A stretch of DNA of 32,000 nucleotides from Candidatus Nanopusillus acidilobi (GTDB lineage Archaea > Nanobdellota > Nanobdellia > Nanobdellales > Nanobdellaceae). Positions 30,281 through 32,000 of the stretch are shown one piece after another. The DNA lies in contig CP010514.1 in NCBI GenBank assembly GCA_001552015.1, forward strand, positions 300,001 to 332,000, written 5' to 3'. The notes below the pieces were generated by a model that saw only the letters and a program-made list of their open reading frames with translations, made no database searches and was not told the DNA's origin. The translations under genes and the position numbers were made by a program. The stretch's first letter is position 1, and every line of letters begins with the position of its first letter.

Positions 30281-32000
30281 TCCCCAAGCAGGGTTTTCTT
30301 TTCTTATTATATTTGCTATTTCTTTTAATATTTCCTTTTGCTCATCATTTAAAATATCTTTATTTTCCTTAAATTTCCTATAATCATTTTCAGATATAAA
30401 AGTATATAATATATCATCTTCAAATATGTTTCTTCCAACTACTGCATCATCTATAGATATGGCAACTTTATCATTTTTTATAGCTACATCTATATTCTTC
30501 TTTTCTTTTTGTATTGTCAAAATTCTTCCAATTATTTTTCCATCTAAATTAATTAAATATACATCTTTTCTTATTTCTCCTCCTAAAACTTCAATTCCAA
30601 CAATTGCAGGATTTGATCTTCTAAATATATTTCCCTTTAATATTTTTATCTTTCCTATTGGTGGTAATTCTCTTAATATTTTTTCTTTATTATATTTTAT
30701 ATCATTAATATATTTCTCAATTTTTTCAATCAAATCATATATAACACTTGATATTATTAAATTTATATTTGAAGATTTTACATATTCTTCATCATTCTTA
30801 TTTATTCCAATATTAAATCCAACTATAACAGAATATTGAGGATATTTTTCTTTCATAGATAATGCAATATTTACATCTTCTTTATTTATATCCCCTATAT
30901 CAGCTTTTTTTATTGGTATATTTCTATCTCTTAACATTTTTATTAATACTTCCAGTGATCCTAAAGTATCTGCTTTAACAATAATACCTTCCTTATCAGT
31001 TTGAAATATTATGTTTTCAATATCTTTTTTCAATTTTTCTTCTATTTCCTTTAATTCTTTTTCATCATTATATACATAGATTGTAGAACCTGGTAATGCA
31101 TTATCTAATCCATCTGCTGATATTCTTATCCCACATGCAGCATATGCAACATCTATTTCTTTAAATTTACTTCTACTAGTGAATCTAATATCTGTCAAAG
31201 GTGCTGGTTTTAATATTAATTTTACTTTTGCTGTTTTAATACCATCTCTTGATAAAAAAACAATTTTATCACCTTTCCTTATTTTACCATCATATAATAT
31301 TATATCTATTACACTACCTAAACCCTTTTCTTCTTTTACTTCTAAAATTACACCAACACCATTTCCTTCAACATTTATTTTTAATTTTTCTTCTAAATAT
31401 CTTTGAGAAAGTCCTGCAATTAATAATAATAAATCAGGAATACCTTCTCCAGTTTTTGAAGAAATTGGAACAATTGCAACTTGTCTTCTAAAATCCTTTA
31501 CTCTATCATATCTATCAGAATCAAATCCTAATTCATATAATTTAGTTACAATATTATATGTATATTCTTCTAATTTGTTTATTACTTTTTGATCTTGATA
31601 TTTTATACTTTCTAAAAATGGTTTATTTTCATAAGGTTTCCATCCATCTATTTTATCTATCTTATTTAATGCAATTAAAAATGGTACTTTTAATTGTTTA
31701 CATATTTCTATTGCTTCATATGTTTGCTTTTGAAACCCATCCAATATATCTACTACAATAATTGCTAAATCTGAAACAGATCCACCCCTTTTTCTTAAAT
31801 TACTAAATACTTCATGACCAGGAGTATCAATAAATAACAAAGAAGGAATTTTTAGATCAAATTTAAACATATTTAATAATGGTTTTGATATTTCCTTAAT
31901 TACATCAATCGATACTTCAGTAGCTCCAATATGCTGAGTCATTTCACCAGCTTCTTTTTTTGTATAAGATGTATTTCTAATCTTATCTAATAGAGAAGTT
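30275..32000 (-). CDS. infB: Translation initiation factor aIF5B (IF-2 homologue), 5' end beyond window
   Basis: G-domain motifs DTPGHEVF (G3), ALNKIDK (G4) and SSKTGEGI (G5), followed by domains II-IV of normal length. The frame stays open upstream of the track's Met to the window edge (..LLDKIRNTSYTKKEAGEMTQHIGAT), so the P-loop lies past 32000. No intein-sized insertion. Confidence 0.92.
   Translation of the reverse strand, partial: TSLLDKIRNTSYTKKEAGEMTQHIGATEVSIDVIKEISKPLLNMFKFDLKIPSLLFIDTPGHEVFSNLRKRGGSVSDLAIIVVDILDGFQKQTYEAIEICKQLKVPFLIALNKIDKIDGWKPYENKPFLESIKYQDQKVINKLEEYTYNIVTKLYELGFDSDRYDRVKDFRRQVAIVPISSKTGEGIPDLLLLIAGLSQRYLEEKLKINVEGNGVGVILEVKEEKGLGSVIDIILYDGKIRKGDKIVFLSRDGIKTAKVKLILKPAPLTDIRFTSRSKFKEIDVAYAACGIRISADGLDNALPGSTIYVYNDEKELKEIEEKLKKDIENIIFQTDKEGIIVKADTLGSLEVLIKMLRDRNIPIKKADIGDINKEDVNIALSMKEKYPQYSVIVGFNIGINKNDEEYVKSSNINLIISSVIYDLIEKIEKYINDIKYNKEKILRELPPIGKIKILKGNIFRRSNPAIVGIEVLGGEIRKDVYLINLDGKIIGRILTIQKEKKNIDVAIKNDKVAISIDDAVVGRNIFEDDILYTFISENDYRKFKENKDILNDEQKEILKEIANIIRKENPAWGL

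Noticed and set aside
30426-30839. 137-aa plus-strand ORF inside the aIF5B gene, and the smaller ones at 31179-31406, 31249-31491 and 31558-31761
   Set aside because: These are antisense shadows of a conserved GTPase gene. The peptides are hydrophobic and low-complexity, with no start context or promoter box.
1-32000. CRISPR arrays, IS elements, integrases, rRNA, split-tRNA halves or other GC-rich structured RNAs; alternative genetic code
   Set aside because: I saw no spaced direct repeats and no transposase or integrase motifs. The only GC-rich islands are the two complete tRNA genes, and all spacers are 134 nt or shorter and AT-rich. Every conserved gene ends at a standard stop with normal length and uses TGG for Trp, so the standard code fits.

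Overview
This window is a compact, extremely AT-rich archaeal chromosome segment. By eye, coding DNA is about one-quarter G+C and spacers are lower. I call 38 protein genes (one runs off the 3' edge) and 2 tRNA genes. By my tally only about 1.1 kb of 32 kb lies outside genes, and the largest gap is 134 nt.

The archaeal assignment rests on topoisomerase VI A and B, TFS, aIF5B, Kae1, ribosomal protein S6e, RNase P protein Rpp29, aSUI1, an AGOG-type 8-oxoG glycosylase, a pilin with a class III signal peptide, and a tRNA-Tyr with a C1-G72 pair and a canonical bulge-helix-bulge intron. The two tRNA genes are about two-thirds G+C islands with almost all-GC stems. Together with the small, shortened proteins and the broken-up operons, this suggests a thermophilic, genome-reduced archaeon of the Nanoarchaeota/DPANN kind. 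That placement is inference and is not provable from this window.

Gene content is mostly housekeeping:
- lower glycolysis and acetate-type substrate-level phosphorylation parts: enolase, pyruvate kinase, 2-oxoacid:ferredoxin oxidoreductase beta, ADP-forming acetyl-CoA synthetase beta, and PMM/PGM
- information processing
- cell-envelope genes: GT2, UppP, signal peptidase, pilin, and a sequon-rich surface protein

I see no CRISPR array, transposase, integrase, recognisable defence system or rRNA. No single obvious new multi-gene system stands out.

The items most worth follow-up are:
1. An intact inorganic-pyrophosphatase homologue whose acidic catalytic signature is erased.
2. A roughly 76-aa insertion inside Kae1.
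3. An overlapping deacetylase plus miniaturised GH1 glycosidase pair.
4. An uncharacterised GNAT-like/SDR/UPF0282 cluster that ends exactly at tRNA-Asn.
5. A very regular promoter and junction architecture. TTTATAWA boxes sit about 22-31 nt before start codons and before tRNA 5' ends, two 51-nt divergent spacers share a central box, and all eight convergent junctions overlap or abut.

All functional calls come from motif recognition by eye and need profile searches to confirm.
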